This document shows positions 40,025 through 50,571 of a DNA stretch of 64,000 nucleotides, one piece after another; position 1 is the first letter of the stretch, and each line of letters opens with the position of its first letter. Where the stretch lies: positions 54,739 to 118,738 of the forward strand of contig NZ_SPNT01000009.1 in the NCBI RefSeq assembly GCF_004959855.1, read 5' to 3'. The notes below the pieces were generated by a model. It worked only from the letters and a program-made list of their open reading frames with translations. It ran no database searches and was not told where the DNA came from. The DNA comes from Nitratireductor sp. XY-223 (GTDB taxonomy: Bacteria > Pseudomonadota > Alphaproteobacteria > Rhizobiales > Rhizobiaceae). The translations under genes and the position numbers were made by a program.

Positions 40025-41896
40025 CTAGGCGTCCAGCGCCTCCAGTTCGTCGATCAGCCCCTCGATCATCGACAGGCCTCTGCTCCAGAAGGAGGGATCA
40101 CCGGCGTCGAGGCCAAACGGTGCCAGAAGTTCCGAGTGATGCTTGGTGCCGCCGGCGCGCAGCATGTCAAAATAACGCTCCTGGAAGCCATCCTCCGCGT
40201 TCTGATAGACGGCATAGAGCGAGTTCACCAGGCAGTCGCCGAAGGCATAGGCGTAGACGTAGAACGGCGAATGGATGAAGTGGGGAATATAGGCCCAGAA
40301 AGTCTCATAGCCCTCTGAAATGCGGATCGCGGGTCCGAGGCTCTCGCTCTGCACGGAAATCCACAACTCGCCGATCTGCTCCGACGTCAGCTCGCCTTCG
40401 CGCCGCGCCGTGTGGACCTTGCGCTCGAACTGGTAGAAGGCGATCTGGCGCACGACCGTGTTGATCATGTCCTCGACCTTCTGGGCGAGCATCGCCTTGC
40501 GCTCGCGGGGATCGTCAATCCCGTCGAGCAGCGTCCTGAAGGTCAGCATCTCGCCGAACACGGAGGCGGTCTCGGCAAGCGTCAGCGGGGTCGGCGCCAT
40601 CAATGCGCCCTGTTCGCCGGCGAGCACCTGGTGGACGCCATGCCCAAGCTCGTGAGCCAGCGTCATCACATCGCGGGGCTTGCCCAGATAGTTGAGCAGG
40701 ACATAGGGATGGGCCGACGGCACGGTCGGGTGGGAGAATGCTCCGGGGGTCTTGCCGGCCCGCACCGGCGCGTCGATCCAGTTGCGGTTGAAGAAGCGGC
40801 TCGCGATATCGGCCATGCGCGGGTCGAAATCGCCATAGGCGCTCAATACCGTCTCGCGGGCGGCGTCCCAGCTGATCAGGGTCTGCGGTGTTTCGGGAAG
40901 CGGCGCGTTGCGGTCCCAATAGTCCATGACATCCATATCCAGCCATCTGGCCTTCATGGCGTAGTAGCGGTGCGACAGGCGCGGATAGGCCTGCGATACG
41001 GCGTCGGACAGCGCGTCGACCACTTCGCGTTCAACCCGGTTGGCAAGGTGGCGGCTGTCGGCGATGTCCTTGAAGCCACGCCAGCGGTCGGAGATCTCCT
41101 TGTCCTTGGCCAGCGTGTTGGTGATCAGCGTGAAGGTGCGGATGTTTTCCTCGAACGTCTTTGAAAGCGCTGCCGCCGCATTGCGCCTTTCCCCGCGCTC
41201 GGGCGACTGCAGTTTGTTGAGCGTCGGCTCAAGCGTCAGCACCTCGCCGTCGACGTCAAACCGCAGAGCCGCCATCGTTTCATCGAAAAGCCGGTTCCAG
41301 GCGCCGTGCCCGGTGACGGATTTTTCCAGGAAGAGCTGCTCGATGCGGTCTTCGAGCTGAAACGGCTTGTCCTTTCGCAGGTCGACGAGCCATGGCCGAT
41401 AGTGGGCGGCGTCCAGGTCCTTTTCGACGGCTTTGTCGACGATGCCGTCGTCGATGCGATTGATCTCCAGCGGAAAAAACAATAGCCGGCTGCCGACATC
41501 GGTGATCTTCGACTGGATGTCGCCGTAGAACTTGGCGCGCGCCGGGTCGGTGGTGTCGGAAAAATAGGTCAGACCGGCGTAGGAGACGATGCGGCCCATC
41601 AGCTCCTCAAGCGCCTCAAATTGACGCAGCGCCGCACCAAGCCCCTCTTCGCCGTCGGTGCGGGCTGCGGCTTCCAGGCCGCCCTTCCAGCGTTTTTCGA
41701 AGGCGATGCTGTCGTCGGATGCCTTTTGCAGGTCGGCCTCGAGCTGCGGTGCGTCCATAGCCGGATAAAGATCCGACAGGTCCCATTCCGGCAACCGACC
41801 GAGCGCATCGTTGGCCGCGGCAGGTTCCGCTGCCGCCAGGCACGGTTCAGCAGAAATGGACGAAAACGGCGGTTTCTGGGGCATTCGGGGCCTCAC
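40025..41896 (-). CDS. pepF: Oligoendopeptidase F family (M3B) metallopeptidase
   Basis: HELGH zinc-binding motif and M3B-typical length and organisation; alternative start at 41884. Confidence 0.8.
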   Translation of the reverse strand: MRPRMPQKPPFSSISAEPCLAAAEPAAANDALGRLPEWDLSDLYPAMDAPQLEADLQKASDDSIAFEKRWKGGLEAAARTDGEEGLGAALRQFEALEELMGRIVSYAGLTYFSDTTDPARAKFYGDIQSKITDVGSRLLFFPLEINRIDDGIVDKAVEKDLDAAHYRPWLVDLRKDKPFQLEDRIEQLFLEKSVTGHGAWNRLFDETMAALRFDVDGEVLTLEPTLNKLQSPERGERRNAAAALSKTFEENIRTFTLITNTLAKDKEISDRWRGFKDIADSRHLANRVEREVVDALSDAVSQAYPRLSHRYYAMKARWLDMDVMDYWDRNAPLPETPQTLISWDAARETVLSAYGDFDPRMADIASRFFNRNWIDAPVRAGKTPGAFSHPTVPSAHPYVLLNYLGKPRDVMTLAHELGHGVHQVLAGEQGALMAPTPLTLAETASVFGEMLTFRTLLDGIDDPRERKAMLAQKVEDMINTVVRQIAFYQFERKVHTARREGELTSEQIGELWISVQSESLGPAIRISEGYETFWAYIPHFIHSPFYVYAYAFGDCLVNSLYAVYQNAEDGFQERYFDMLRAGGTKHHSELLAPFGLDAGDPSFWSRGLSMIEGLIDELEALDA

Positions 41897-42223
41897 GGGT
41901 CTTGCCTCGGTCCCTCAAGCGGGCCCGAGTTTCAGTTCTCCAGGCGGGTGCCCCTGGGGGCGGCAGGTGAGCGGATGGGCGAAATGCGTTCACGATCAAT
42001 CATACTCTGACACGATTCGAGATTAAGAAAACTGGTTAAATTCACACCTTGTTAGAACTTTGTTCACTATAAATGTCATTTGAAACGGAGTGTGAGTACT
42101 TTGCCTTGCTCTTACCGCAATTGTCGTACAGGCCTGCCCTGACGGCGAATTGTGCCTGGTTTCGTCGGAAAACCAATATGATACGGTTGACCGGGACGAA
42201 GTTAGGCAGAATTATCGAGGGAC

Positions 42224-44167
42224 TTGGTGGGGACGTTTGAGATTTTTGGGAACTTGCTGAGACGGTCTCAAAAAATTGCCGAAGCGGTCGATGGACGCAG
42301 CCGGGTGATAACGGCTGCGCTCGTGGCGTTCGCGTTCGTGCTCATCGCCGCGCCGGCGCAGGCTGAAACCCGCTCGCTGAAACTCTATTTCGTCCACACC
42401 AAGGAACGGGCGACGATCACCTTCAAGAAGAACGGGCGCTACGTCCCCGGCGGCCTGAAGAAACTCAACCGGTTCCTGCGCGACTGGCGGCAAAAGGAAT
42501 CCACCAAGATGGATCCGCGGCTGTTCGACCTGTTGTGGGAGGTCTATCGGGCCAGCGGCTCGAAGCAGCATATCCACGTCGTCTCCGCCTACCGTTCGCC
42601 GAAAACCAACGCAATGCTGCGCAAACGTTCGCGCAACGTCGCCAAGAACAGCCGCCACATTCAAGGCAAGGCCATCGATTTCTACATCCCCGACGTTTCG
42701 ATCAAGAAAGTGCGCCGTATCGGCATGCAGTTCCAGGTCGGCGGCGTGGGGTATTATCCGAAGTCCGGTTCGCCCTTCGTGCATCTTGACGTGGGTAGCG
42801 TCCGCTCGTGGCCGCGCATGAACCGCAAGGAGCTGAGCCGCATCTTCCCGAACGGCGGAACCCTGCACCTTCCCAAGGACGGCAAGCCGCTCCCGGGCTA
42901 CAACCAGGCGCTTGCCGATTACAAGAGCCGGGTCAGCGCGACCAGCATCCAGGTTGCCGGCAAGCGGAAAAAACCCGCACCTTCCACCAATGATGATGGT
43001 GGCGGCAACCTGCTGGCCGGTTTGCTCGGCAGGGGCAGGCAAAAGGAAAACGAGGCCGCGCCGCAGACGGTGCTCGCCTCGGCACCAACCTCGGAGGCCG
43101 AGCTGCCCGGAGTCGAGGCGGATGGGGTCGAGACGGAAGAAGATTCCCTCGAGCCGGATCTTTCCATCGTTCCGACACCGCGGCTGCGGCCGACGCCGCC
43201 CTCCGACGAGGGCGTGCAGATCGCGCTCGCATCGGCACGCGAGGAGCTGAGTCCGGAGTCCGTTACAGCGGCATTCAGACCGCGCCTGCCGCAGGAAGCG
43301 ACTTCCGAAAACGGAGCCGTGCCGCTCAATGTTCCGGGACAGGCTGGCGAAAGGCCGGTGCTGGTCGCACTGGCGCCTCCGCGGCCGTCGAAAGACATAC
43401 CGGGCGTGAAGACCGGACGGAACACCGCCGTTCATGTGGCGTCACTCGCATCGCGGCCCGCGAGTGGCGATGCGCTCGGATCGATGCTTGCCGACCCGGT
43501 CATGACCGGAACCGCCTCCGCTCAGCTCAAGCGTGAGAATCTCGGTGTCGGACAAAACACCCCGCTGACGCAGGACAGCCGTGTGCCGCAGCTTGCCTAT
43601 GTGCCGCGTCCGGGGCAGCGCCCTGAATACGGCTCTCCGGAAGCCCAGGCGATCGCGGTTGTTTTCGACAACAACACGACCGGCCGGCCTTCCAACGAGA
43701 CGACAGCGGGAATTCCGGTTCCCCGGCCGTCGCCGTTCGGATCCTCGCGCGGCCAGGAGATGGTTGCCCTGCCGCCGGTACAAGTGGCGCTGGCGCCACC
43801 CTCCGGCGGGCTCCAGAACACGCCGGGCCGCGTGGATGTCTTCGCACCGCTGCCTGAAGCGTCACGTGCCAAGCGGCGCCGTCCCAATGCACGCGACGCG
43901 GCTGAAGACCGCAGGCGCTCGGTTCGCGCCGCTCCGGTTCTTGCCACGAACATGATTTCCGGCAATGCCTTCTCGTCGCATCGCGTGGCAACGATGGATA
44001 CGCCGGTTCGAGCACCGGAATTCGTTTCCAGCTACATGCGCTCCGCACCGGAGACCGTGCATGTCGACGGCTTTTCCACGCAGAACCGGGTGGCAAGCGC
44101 GGAAACATTCACCGGCCGTGCCGTCAATTTCCTGACGGTCGCCCGATTTGACGTCCGCAACCAGTAG
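42224..44167 (+). CDS. DUF882 (peptidase M15-like, YcbK/MepK-type) protein with long Pro/Ala-rich C-terminal extension
   Basis: N-terminal signal/TM segment; DUF882 core (VVSAYRSPKTN, HIQGKAIDFYIPD, HLDVG); ~400 aa low-complexity Pro-rich tail. Confidence 0.7.
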   Translation: MVGTFEIFGNLLRRSQKIAEAVDGRSRVITAALVAFAFVLIAAPAQAETRSLKLYFVHTKERATITFKKNGRYVPGGLKKLNRFLRDWRQKESTKMDPRLFDLLWEVYRASGSKQHIHVVSAYRSPKTNAMLRKRSRNVAKNSRHIQGKAIDFYIPDVSIKKVRRIGMQFQVGGVGYYPKSGSPFVHLDVGSVRSWPRMNRKELSRIFPNGGTLHLPKDGKPLPGYNQALADYKSRVSATSIQVAGKRKKPAPSTNDDGGGNLLAGLLGRGRQKENEAAPQTVLASAPTSEAELPGVEADGVETEEDSLEPDLSIVPTPRLRPTPPSDEGVQIALASAREELSPESVTAAFRPRLPQEATSENGAVPLNVPGQAGERPVLVALAPPRPSKDIPGVKTGRNTAVHVASLASRPASGDALGSMLADPVMTGTASAQLKRENLGVGQNTPLTQDSRVPQLAYVPRPGQRPEYGSPEAQAIAVVFDNNTTGRPSNETTAGIPVPRPSPFGSSRGQEMVALPPVQVALAPPSGGLQNTPGRVDVFAPLPEASRAKRRRPNARDAAEDRRRSVRAAPVLATNMISGNAFSSHRVATMDTPVRAPEFVSSYMRSAPETVHVDGFSTQNRVASAETFTGRAVNFLTVARFDVRNQ

Positions 44168-44194
44168 CTCGCGTCACTGCGAAAGAGCCGGAGT

Positions 44195-44457
44195 CTAAGC
44201 GTCCGGCGGCGCCTCGGCCATGCCCAGTGCATGCAGATAGGTGTCAAGAACGGCTTCCTGTTCCATCCGCTCGTTCTGATCCTGTTTGCGGATCGAGATG
44301 ACCTTGCGCAGGATCTTGGTATCGAACCCCATGGACTTCGCCTCGCCATAGACTTCCTTGATGTCGTCGGCGACGGTTTTCTTTTCCTCTTCCAGCCTTT
44401 CGATCCGCTCGACAAAAGCGCGCAACTGATCTCTGGCTACTCCATGGGCTTCGGACA
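44195..44457 (-). CDS. gapR: DUF2312 nucleoid-associated protein (GapR-like)
   Basis: 87 aa from [27 protein letters not shown]..., closely resembling Caulobacter GapR/DUF2312; the longer ORF upstream has only a TTG start. Coordinates +-1. Confidence 0.7.
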
Positions 44458-44571
44458 TGGGCGACTCCTGAACTGAATTCAACGAGGCGGACAGGTGCCC
44501 GCTGTTCGGCCCGTCGTCAAGTGGTTCGGCGAAATTGTTTTGCGGTGTGTGTGGACAGCGACAGGAACGCC

Positions 44572-44877
44572 CTAGTGGTCGGGGTGTGAACGGGCAAAGG
44601 CCGCCTTCTGCTCCTCGCTCGCCTCGGTCTGGAAGCGATCCTTCCAATCGTCATAGGGCATGCCGTAGACGATTTCCCGGGCTTCGGATTTGGACAGGTC
44701 GACACCGGCCTCGTTTGCGGCCTGCTGATACCAGTTGGACAGGCAGTTGCGGCAGAAGCCGCCGAGATTCATCAGATCGATATTCTGGACGTCCGTGCGC
44801 TGGCGCAGATGCTCGACCAGGGTGCGGAAGGCCGCAGCTTCGAATTCGGTGCGCTGTTGCTGGGTCAGTTGCGTCAT
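44572..44877 (-). CDS. DUF1244 family protein
   Basis: 101 aa with the conserved Cys-containing motif ([12 protein letters not shown]) of DUF1244. Confidence 0.65.
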   Translation of the reverse strand: MTQLTQQQRTEFEAAAFRTLVEHLRQRTDVQNIDLMNLGGFCRNCLSNWYQQAANEAGVDLSKSEAREIVYGMPYDDWKDRFQTEASEEQKAAFARSHPDH

Positions 44878-45059
44878 CTCTTGCTCCGATGGTCGCCGTT
44901 TACAAAGCTCTCACATAGCGCTGATAGGCAGAATTATCCATCCGGTCCGGATCGTCGGGAGACGATTAATTTAGGCTATGCGACGTTTTTTTGACATATT
45001 GAATGACGATGCGGCACGGAACATAATGCCGTACTTCAAGCAGGGAATTTGGGCAAGCA

Positions 45060-45509
45060 ATGGATGGTCAAGGCAATTCTTGCTGGCGGGGCGTCTTGGG
45101 CGGGTTGGTGTTTCTGGGCTGCCTCTGGTCGGCACCGGAAGCGCGCGCGGATTTTCGCGTGTGCAACGGAACGCAGAACCTGGTGGGCGTCGCCATCGGC
45201 TACCGCAGCGACGAGGGATGGATATCCGAGGGATGGTGGCAGATCTCGGCGACCTCGTGCGCAACGCTGATCGAGGGGCCGCTGGCATCGCGGTTCTACT
45301 ACCTCTACGCAGAGGACGCGGCGCGGGGCGGCCGGTGGGGCGGAAGCGTCGATATGTGTGTGGCGGAAGACGAATTTAAGATCGTGGATGTGAAAAATTG
45401 CTTCACACGCGGTTTTTTACGCATGGGCTTCAAAGAATATGATACCGGTCAACAATCGAGTTGGATGGTACAGCTTTCCGATACGTCGGAGAACGGGGAA
45501 GAGAATTAA
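45060..45509 (+). CDS. DUF1036 domain protein (secreted or membrane)
   Basis: Signal peptide; conserved Cys/Trp-rich DUF1036 core (RVCNGTQNLVGVAIGY...GWW); its stop overlaps the pyk start. Confidence 0.65.
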   Translation: MDGQGNSCWRGVLGGLVFLGCLWSAPEARADFRVCNGTQNLVGVAIGYRSDEGWISEGWWQISATSCATLIEGPLASRFYYLYAEDAARGGRWGGSVDMCVAEDEFKIVDVKNCFTRGFLRMGFKEYDTGQQSSWMVQLSDTSENGEEN

Positions 45510-46948
45510 TGAAGCGTTTGCGCAAAGTGAAAATACTTGCGACCTTGGGTCCGGCCTCCTCTGAGGAGGACATGATCCAGAAACTGCATGAAGCTGGCGC
45601 AGACCTATTCCGGATCAACATGAGCCACTCCAGCCACGACCTGATGCGAACGCTTATCGAGCGCATCCGCACGGTCGAGAAGCGCTGCGGCCGGCCGATC
45701 GGCATCCTGGCCGATCTTCAGGGCCCGAAGCTGCGTGTCGGCAAGTTCGCCGATGGGGCGGTGGAACTGCTGCCCGGCCAGACGTTCACATTGGACAAGG
45801 ACGAAAGTCCCGGCACTGCCATGCGGGTCCATCTGCCGCATCCCGAGATCTTCGCGGCGGTCGAGCCGGGCCACCGCCTGCTGATCGACGACGGCCGCCT
45901 GCAGCTCAAGGCCGAGACCAGTGACGGCGACACCATCGTCTGCAAGGTCGTATCGGGAACGAAAATCTCCGACCGCAAGGGTGTCAGCCTTCCCGATACG
46001 ACACTCGGTGTCGGGGCACTGACCGACAAGGATCGCCGCGACCTGGATGCGGTTCTGGCGACTGACGACGTCGACTGGGTTGCGCTGTCCTTCATCCAGC
46101 GGCCCGAAGACCTTGCGGATGTGCGAAAGGTGGCGCGCTCGCGCGTCGGGCTCATGGCCAAGATCGAGAAACCCCAGGCGATCGAGCGCATCGACGAGAT
46201 CATCGAATTGTCTGACGCTTTGATGGTCGCCCGCGGCGACCTCGGCGTCGAGATGCCGATCGAATCCGTTCCGGGATTGCAGAAACAGCTGATCCGCGCG
46301 TGCCGCAGGGCCGGCAAGCCGGTCGTGGTCGCAACGCAGATGCTGGAATCGATGATTTCGGCCCCGGTGCCGACCAGGGCGGAAGTCTCGGACGTGGCGA
46401 CCGCCGTTTTCGAGGGCGCGGACGCGGTCATGCTGTCGGCGGAGTCGGCGGCCGGCGAGTATCCGATCGAAGCGGTCACAACGATGGCGGCCATTGCCCG
46501 CAAGGTCGAACGCGATCCCAATTATACCGGTATCATCCACGCGCAGCGCTCGGAGCCCGAGGCCACCGGCGCGGACGCGATTTCGCTTGCCGCTCGGCAG
46601 ATCGCCGAAACGCTGAAGCTCTCGGCCATCGTCTGCTACACCTCTTCCGGCACCACCGGCATGCGCGCCTCGCGCGAGCGTCCGCAGGTGCCGATCATCG
46701 CGCTCTCGCCGGTCATCGAGACGGCGCGACGCCTGGCGGTTGTCTGGGGGCTGCACTGCGTGGTTACCGAGGACGCGCGCGATCTCGACGATATGGTGGA
46801 CCGCGCCTGCCGCATCACCTTCAGGGAAGAGTTCGGCAAACCGGGCGACCGGATCATCATCTCAGCCGGCGTGCCGCTCGGAACGCCGGGCGCCACCAAC
46901 ATGCTGCGGATAGCCTATATCGGGTCCGACGGCATGACCGGTATCTGA
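45509..46948 (+). CDS. pyk: Pyruvate kinase
   Basis: N-terminus MKRLRKVKILATLGPASS plus PK motifs (MVARGDLGVE, VATQMLESM). Confidence 0.9.
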   Translation: MKRLRKVKILATLGPASSEEDMIQKLHEAGADLFRINMSHSSHDLMRTLIERIRTVEKRCGRPIGILADLQGPKLRVGKFADGAVELLPGQTFTLDKDESPGTAMRVHLPHPEIFAAVEPGHRLLIDDGRLQLKAETSDGDTIVCKVVSGTKISDRKGVSLPDTTLGVGALTDKDRRDLDAVLATDDVDWVALSFIQRPEDLADVRKVARSRVGLMAKIEKPQAIERIDEIIELSDALMVARGDLGVEMPIESVPGLQKQLIRACRRAGKPVVVATQMLESMISAPVPTRAEVSDVATAVFEGADAVMLSAESAAGEYPIEAVTTMAAIARKVERDPNYTGIIHAQRSEPEATGADAISLAARQIAETLKLSAIVCYTSSGTTGMRASRERPQVPIIALSPVIETARRLAVVWGLHCVVTEDARDLDDMVDRACRITFREEFGKPGDRIIISAGVPLGTPGATNMLRIAYIGSDGMTGI

Positions 46949-48006
46949 TCGGCGGCAGAGGAACGCCGGCGGCTGGCCGGCGGCGGGTTGGACATTTCCG
47001 TATCGGATGCGAGCAATTGCTCGAGGCGGCGCGCCATGGCGGCCAGATCGGTCTCCAGGCCGCCGAGTTTCTCCATCGCGGCGATGCACAGGTCGGTGGC
47101 CACGTAGTCCGGTTTGTGACCGACACCCCTTATGCGGACCAGTTCCGATCCGGCGATCGCCCCCGAGAGGGCGGAGGAGTGGATTTCCGGCGAGACGACG
47201 AAGTCGCTGTCTCCGGTGACGATGATCGTCGGCTTGTCGATTTCCGCGTAGCGCGGCGAAACCGAGACAATGTGGTCGTAGAGGTTTGCGACGTCATGCG
47301 CGTTGTGGCGGAATGTCCACGGCCGCAGGACCAACGCCGTCGCCGAACGCGCCAGGTAGTCGGGCGGGTAGCGATTGGGACTGAAGACGCAGCGGGCGGC
47401 CCGTTCAATGCGCAGGAGCCCGGCCGGCATGGCCAGGAGCCAGGTGGCAAGGCGGCCGACGACAGGCGCCGTCGCCACATGGTAGTGCCAGTCGATGCCG
47501 CCCGGCCACGGATGTGAGACCGTTGCAAGGAACAGGAGGCCGGACACCTTGTGCGGCCGTTCCAGCGCCAGGTTCGCGGCGATGATGCCGCCGAAGGAAT
47601 GTCCCACGATCAGGGCCTTCGAAATGCCCTTCCGGTCCATCAGATCGGCAACCGCGCGCGCCTGACCGTCGGGAAAGGCGTTTTGCGGACCACCCCTTTC
47701 CGACCAGCCGTGGCCGGGACGGTCGACGAACAGCAGTTCGGCGCGGCCCTCGAGACCGTCGCGGAAGGCGGAGACCTGGTCGCGCAGATTGCCGCTGGCG
47801 CCGTGCAGGAAAACGATAGCCGGAAGATCGGCCGTGCCTTCGGCCGGCACATGCACGACATGGAGGCGGTAGCCGCCCACATCGACGAATTCACCGATTG
47901 GCGGATAGAGCCTTTCGATGCGCCGGCTTTGCAGCCAGGAAAAGGCAACCAGACAGACGATGGCTGCCGCGAGGGTTATCAGGATGAAAACTGTCACGGC
48001 GGCCAA
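46915..48006 (-). CDS. Alpha/beta hydrolase fold protein (membrane-anchored)
   Basis: N-terminal TM helix, HGASGN and GHSFGG nucleophile-elbow motifs. Confidence 0.7.
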   Translation of the reverse strand: MAAVTVFILITLAAAIVCLVAFSWLQSRRIERLYPPIGEFVDVGGYRLHVVHVPAEGTADLPAIVFLHGASGNLRDQVSAFRDGLEGRAELLFVDRPGHGWSERGGPQNAFPDGQARAVADLMDRKGISKALIVGHSFGGIIAANLALERPHKVSGLLFLATVSHPWPGGIDWHYHVATAPVVGRLATWLLAMPAGLLRIERAARCVFSPNRYPPDYLARSATALVLRPWTFRHNAHDVANLYDHIVSVSPRYAEIDKPTIIVTGDSDFVVSPEIHSSALSGAIAGSELVRIRGVGHKPDYVATDLCIAAMEKLGGLETDLAAMARRLEQLLASDTEMSNPPPASRRRSSAADQIPVMPSDPI

Positions 48007-48032
48007 CCCGGAGCCCTGTTACACAACGAATA

Positions 48033-48647
48033 CTAGATCTCGTCGCCGGCCAGTTCTTCGGACAACTCGCCGACCCGTTCCTGAGCCTCGCGCATTGCCG
48101 GGTAAACTTCAAGTACCTTGAGATAGGTGCCGAGGGCGGCCTCGTCGCTGCCCGCCGCCGACAGGATGGAAGCCATTCCCATCAGCGCGCCGAAATGGCG
48201 CGGCTCGAGCTGCAGGACGATGTTGATATCGGCCATCGACTTGGCATGGTTGTCCATCATGTAGTGCAGGGTCGCCCGGCGGTTCCAGCCCTCCGCGTAG
48301 CCGGGCATGAGCACCGTGACCTGATCGAGAAGATCAAGGGCCGTGAAATAGCGTTTGTCGCGAATGGCCTCGTTGGCCCATTCCATCAGCTGGTTGGCGG
48401 TGGCGCTGTCGGAAGTCCGCCACTCCGCCCATATGCGGTCGGCAATGCGCCGCGCGGATGCCGGTTCCGGTTCGCGTTTGAGCTCGATGAAATAGGCGTC
48501 AAGTCGCTCGGATTTCGACTTGATGACCGCCGGCTTCGCCTCTTCGGCGTCGGCCGTGGTGTCCTGGGCGAGAGCCGGTCCCGCAATGGCGAACATTGCG
48601 GCGGCCAGAAAGCCTGTCAGTGCGTAGGTAAAACGAAATCGGCGCAT
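48033..48647 (-). CDS. Tetratricopeptide repeat protein (secreted)
   Basis: Signal peptide plus TPR-like helical repeats. Confidence 0.6.
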   Translation of the reverse strand: MRRFRFTYALTGFLAAAMFAIAGPALAQDTTADAEEAKPAVIKSKSERLDAYFIELKREPEPASARRIADRIWAEWRTSDSATANQLMEWANEAIRDKRYFTALDLLDQVTVLMPGYAEGWNRRATLHYMMDNHAKSMADINIVLQLEPRHFGALMGMASILSAAGSDEAALGTYLKVLEVYPAMREAQERVGELSEELAGDEI

Positions 48648-48726
48648 GCCATAAAGATATGACGCACGCGCCGATGGTCAAAGGCAAATTTTGGTGAGCT
48701 GTTGAAACAACGGCCCCGAGGACCGG

Positions 48727-48852
48727 TCAGCCCTGCCGTGCCTTGAAACGGGGATTCTGCTTGTTGATGACGTAGACACGGCCCTTGCGGCGCACCAGGC
48801 GGTTCTCGCGGTGGCGTGTCTTAAGCGCTTTGAGCGAATTCTTGATCTTCAT
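48727..48852 (-). CDS. rpmJ: 50S ribosomal protein L36 (non-zinc-binding alphaproteobacterial type)
   Basis: Not in the ORF track (41 aa). Reverse-strand translation gives [41 protein letters not shown], which is L36 type B. Confidence 0.8.
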   Translation of the reverse strand: MKIKNSLKALKTRHRENRLVRRKGRVYVINKQNPRFKARQG

Positions 48853-48997
48853 TGTTCCGGACCCTTGGCCAGCGCCCGTCTGGCTGGACAAACCTTCGAG
48901 CTGTTAAATAACCAAGAGCGCGCCTTTCGACGCGCTCGATTGCTTGCGCATGCGTTTACCCGCAACGCGAAATCCTGTCAACCGGCGGACATCGTGT

Positions 48998-50059
48998 TTA
49001 CCGCCGCATCAGGCGGGTGACGTGTCCCATCTTGCGGCCCGGCCGGGTCTCCGCCTTGCCGTAGACATGGACCACCGTGTCGGGCTGTTCCAGATAGGCG
49101 CCGATGCGATCAATTTCGTCGCCGATCAGGTTGTCCATCTCGCAGTCGCTGTGCCGGTCGCAGGCGGCCAGCGGTAGGCCGCATATCGCCCTGATGTGCT
49201 GTTCGAACTGCGAAACCGCACACGCGGCCTCGGTCCAGTGCCCTGAATTGTGGACACGCGGCGCGAACTCGTTGGCCAGGACACCGCCATCCTCGAGCAC
49301 GAAGAACTCGATACCGACGACACCGACGTAGTCGAGCCGTTCAAGCACCGACGCCGCGGCGTCCCGTGCCGAATCGTGCGTCGATTGCGTAATTCCCGCG
49401 GGAACGGTGGAACGGCGCAGGATCCCATCCTCATGTTGATTGCGGCTGGGATCGTAGCTGACGATGGTCCCGTCCGGCGACCTTGCGGCGATCACGGAGA
49501 TCTCTGCAACGAACGGCACCAGGCCCTCAAGGATCAGCGGCACGGTGCCGAGATCATCGTAGGCACCCGCGGTCACGGTGCCGGGTCCGTCGAACACACG
49601 CTGGCCCTTGCCGTCATAGCCAAGGCGCCGGGTCTTCAAAACACCGCGCCCGTCGAGCTTTGCAAGCGCTTCATCGATCTCCTGCTGGCTGTCAACGGCG
49701 ATGAATTCGGCGGTCCGGATGCCGCATTCCCGCAGGAACGTCTTTTCGGTCAACCGGTCCTGCGAAATCTCGAGTGCTGCGGGCGGCGGAAAAACCGGTT
49801 TCCTTTGTGCCAGTTTCTCGGCCGATGCCACCGGCACGTTCTCGAACTCGTATGTGATCACGTCGCTGAGGACCGCAAGCGTGTCGAGCGCGTCGCTGTC
49901 GTCATATTCGGCGGTTATCTGGCTGCCCGCGACCTGTGCCGCCGGGCATTTTTCCTGCGGCTCGAGAATGATGGTGTGCAGACCGAGACGGGCAGCGGCC
50001 ATGGCGAGCATGCGCCCCAGCTGCCCGCCGCCGACGATCCCGACGGTGCGATGGGACAT
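48998..50059 (-). CDS. purK: N5-carboxyaminoimidazole ribonucleotide synthase
   Basis: ATP-grasp enzyme with N-terminus TVGIVGGGQLGRMLA; start overlaps the purE stop. Confidence 0.85.
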   Translation of the reverse strand: MSHRTVGIVGGGQLGRMLAMAAARLGLHTIILEPQEKCPAAQVAGSQITAEYDDSDALDTLAVLSDVITYEFENVPVASAEKLAQRKPVFPPPAALEISQDRLTEKTFLRECGIRTAEFIAVDSQQEIDEALAKLDGRGVLKTRRLGYDGKGQRVFDGPGTVTAGAYDDLGTVPLILEGLVPFVAEISVIAARSPDGTIVSYDPSRNQHEDGILRRSTVPAGITQSTHDSARDAAASVLERLDYVGVVGIEFFVLEDGGVLANEFAPRVHNSGHWTEAACAVSQFEQHIRAICGLPLAACDRHSDCEMDNLIGDEIDRIGAYLEQPDTVVHVYGKAETRPGRKMGHVTRLMRR

Positions 50060-50061
50060 GT

Positions 50062-50556
50062 TCAGGCCTCGTCCTTTGGCTCGAATGCAACAGCCTGCGA
50101 ACGGCCCGATCGCCATTCGTCCAGCCGATCCGCGACCCCGGCGTCCGAAAGGGCGAGAACAGCCGCCGCCAAAAGCGCCGCATTGACGGCTCCCGATTCA
50201 CCGATCGCCAGCGTTCCGACCGGAATTCCGGCCGGCATCTGAACGATCGAAAGCAGGCTGTCCTGTCCCGAAAGCGCTTTCGAACGCACCGGAACGCCGA
50301 AAACGGGCAGGGGCGTCAGGGACGCCGTCATCCCCGGCAGATGCGCCGCGCCGCCGGCCCCGGCGATGATCGTCTTGTAGCCCTTGTCACGCGCGCCCTT
50401 TGCGAATTCGACCATGCGGTCCGGGGTACGGTGCGCCGAAATGATCAACGCGTCGTAGGCAATGTCCAGTTCGGAAAGCGTGTCGGCGGCGTGTTTCATC
50501 GTCGGCCAGTCGGACTGGCTGCCCATGATGATGGCGACCGGCGGAGGTGTGGTCAT
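50062..50556 (-). CDS. purE: N5-carboxyaminoimidazole ribonucleotide mutase
   Basis: PurE signature ([21 protein letters not shown]). Confidence 0.9.
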   Translation of the reverse strand: MTTPPPVAIIMGSQSDWPTMKHAADTLSELDIAYDALIISAHRTPDRMVEFAKGARDKGYKTIIAGAGGAAHLPGMTASLTPLPVFGVPVRSKALSGQDSLLSIVQMPAGIPVGTLAIGESGAVNAALLAAAVLALSDAGVADRLDEWRSGRSQAVAFEPKDEA

Positions 50557-50571
50557 GGCCGAATTCCCCCT

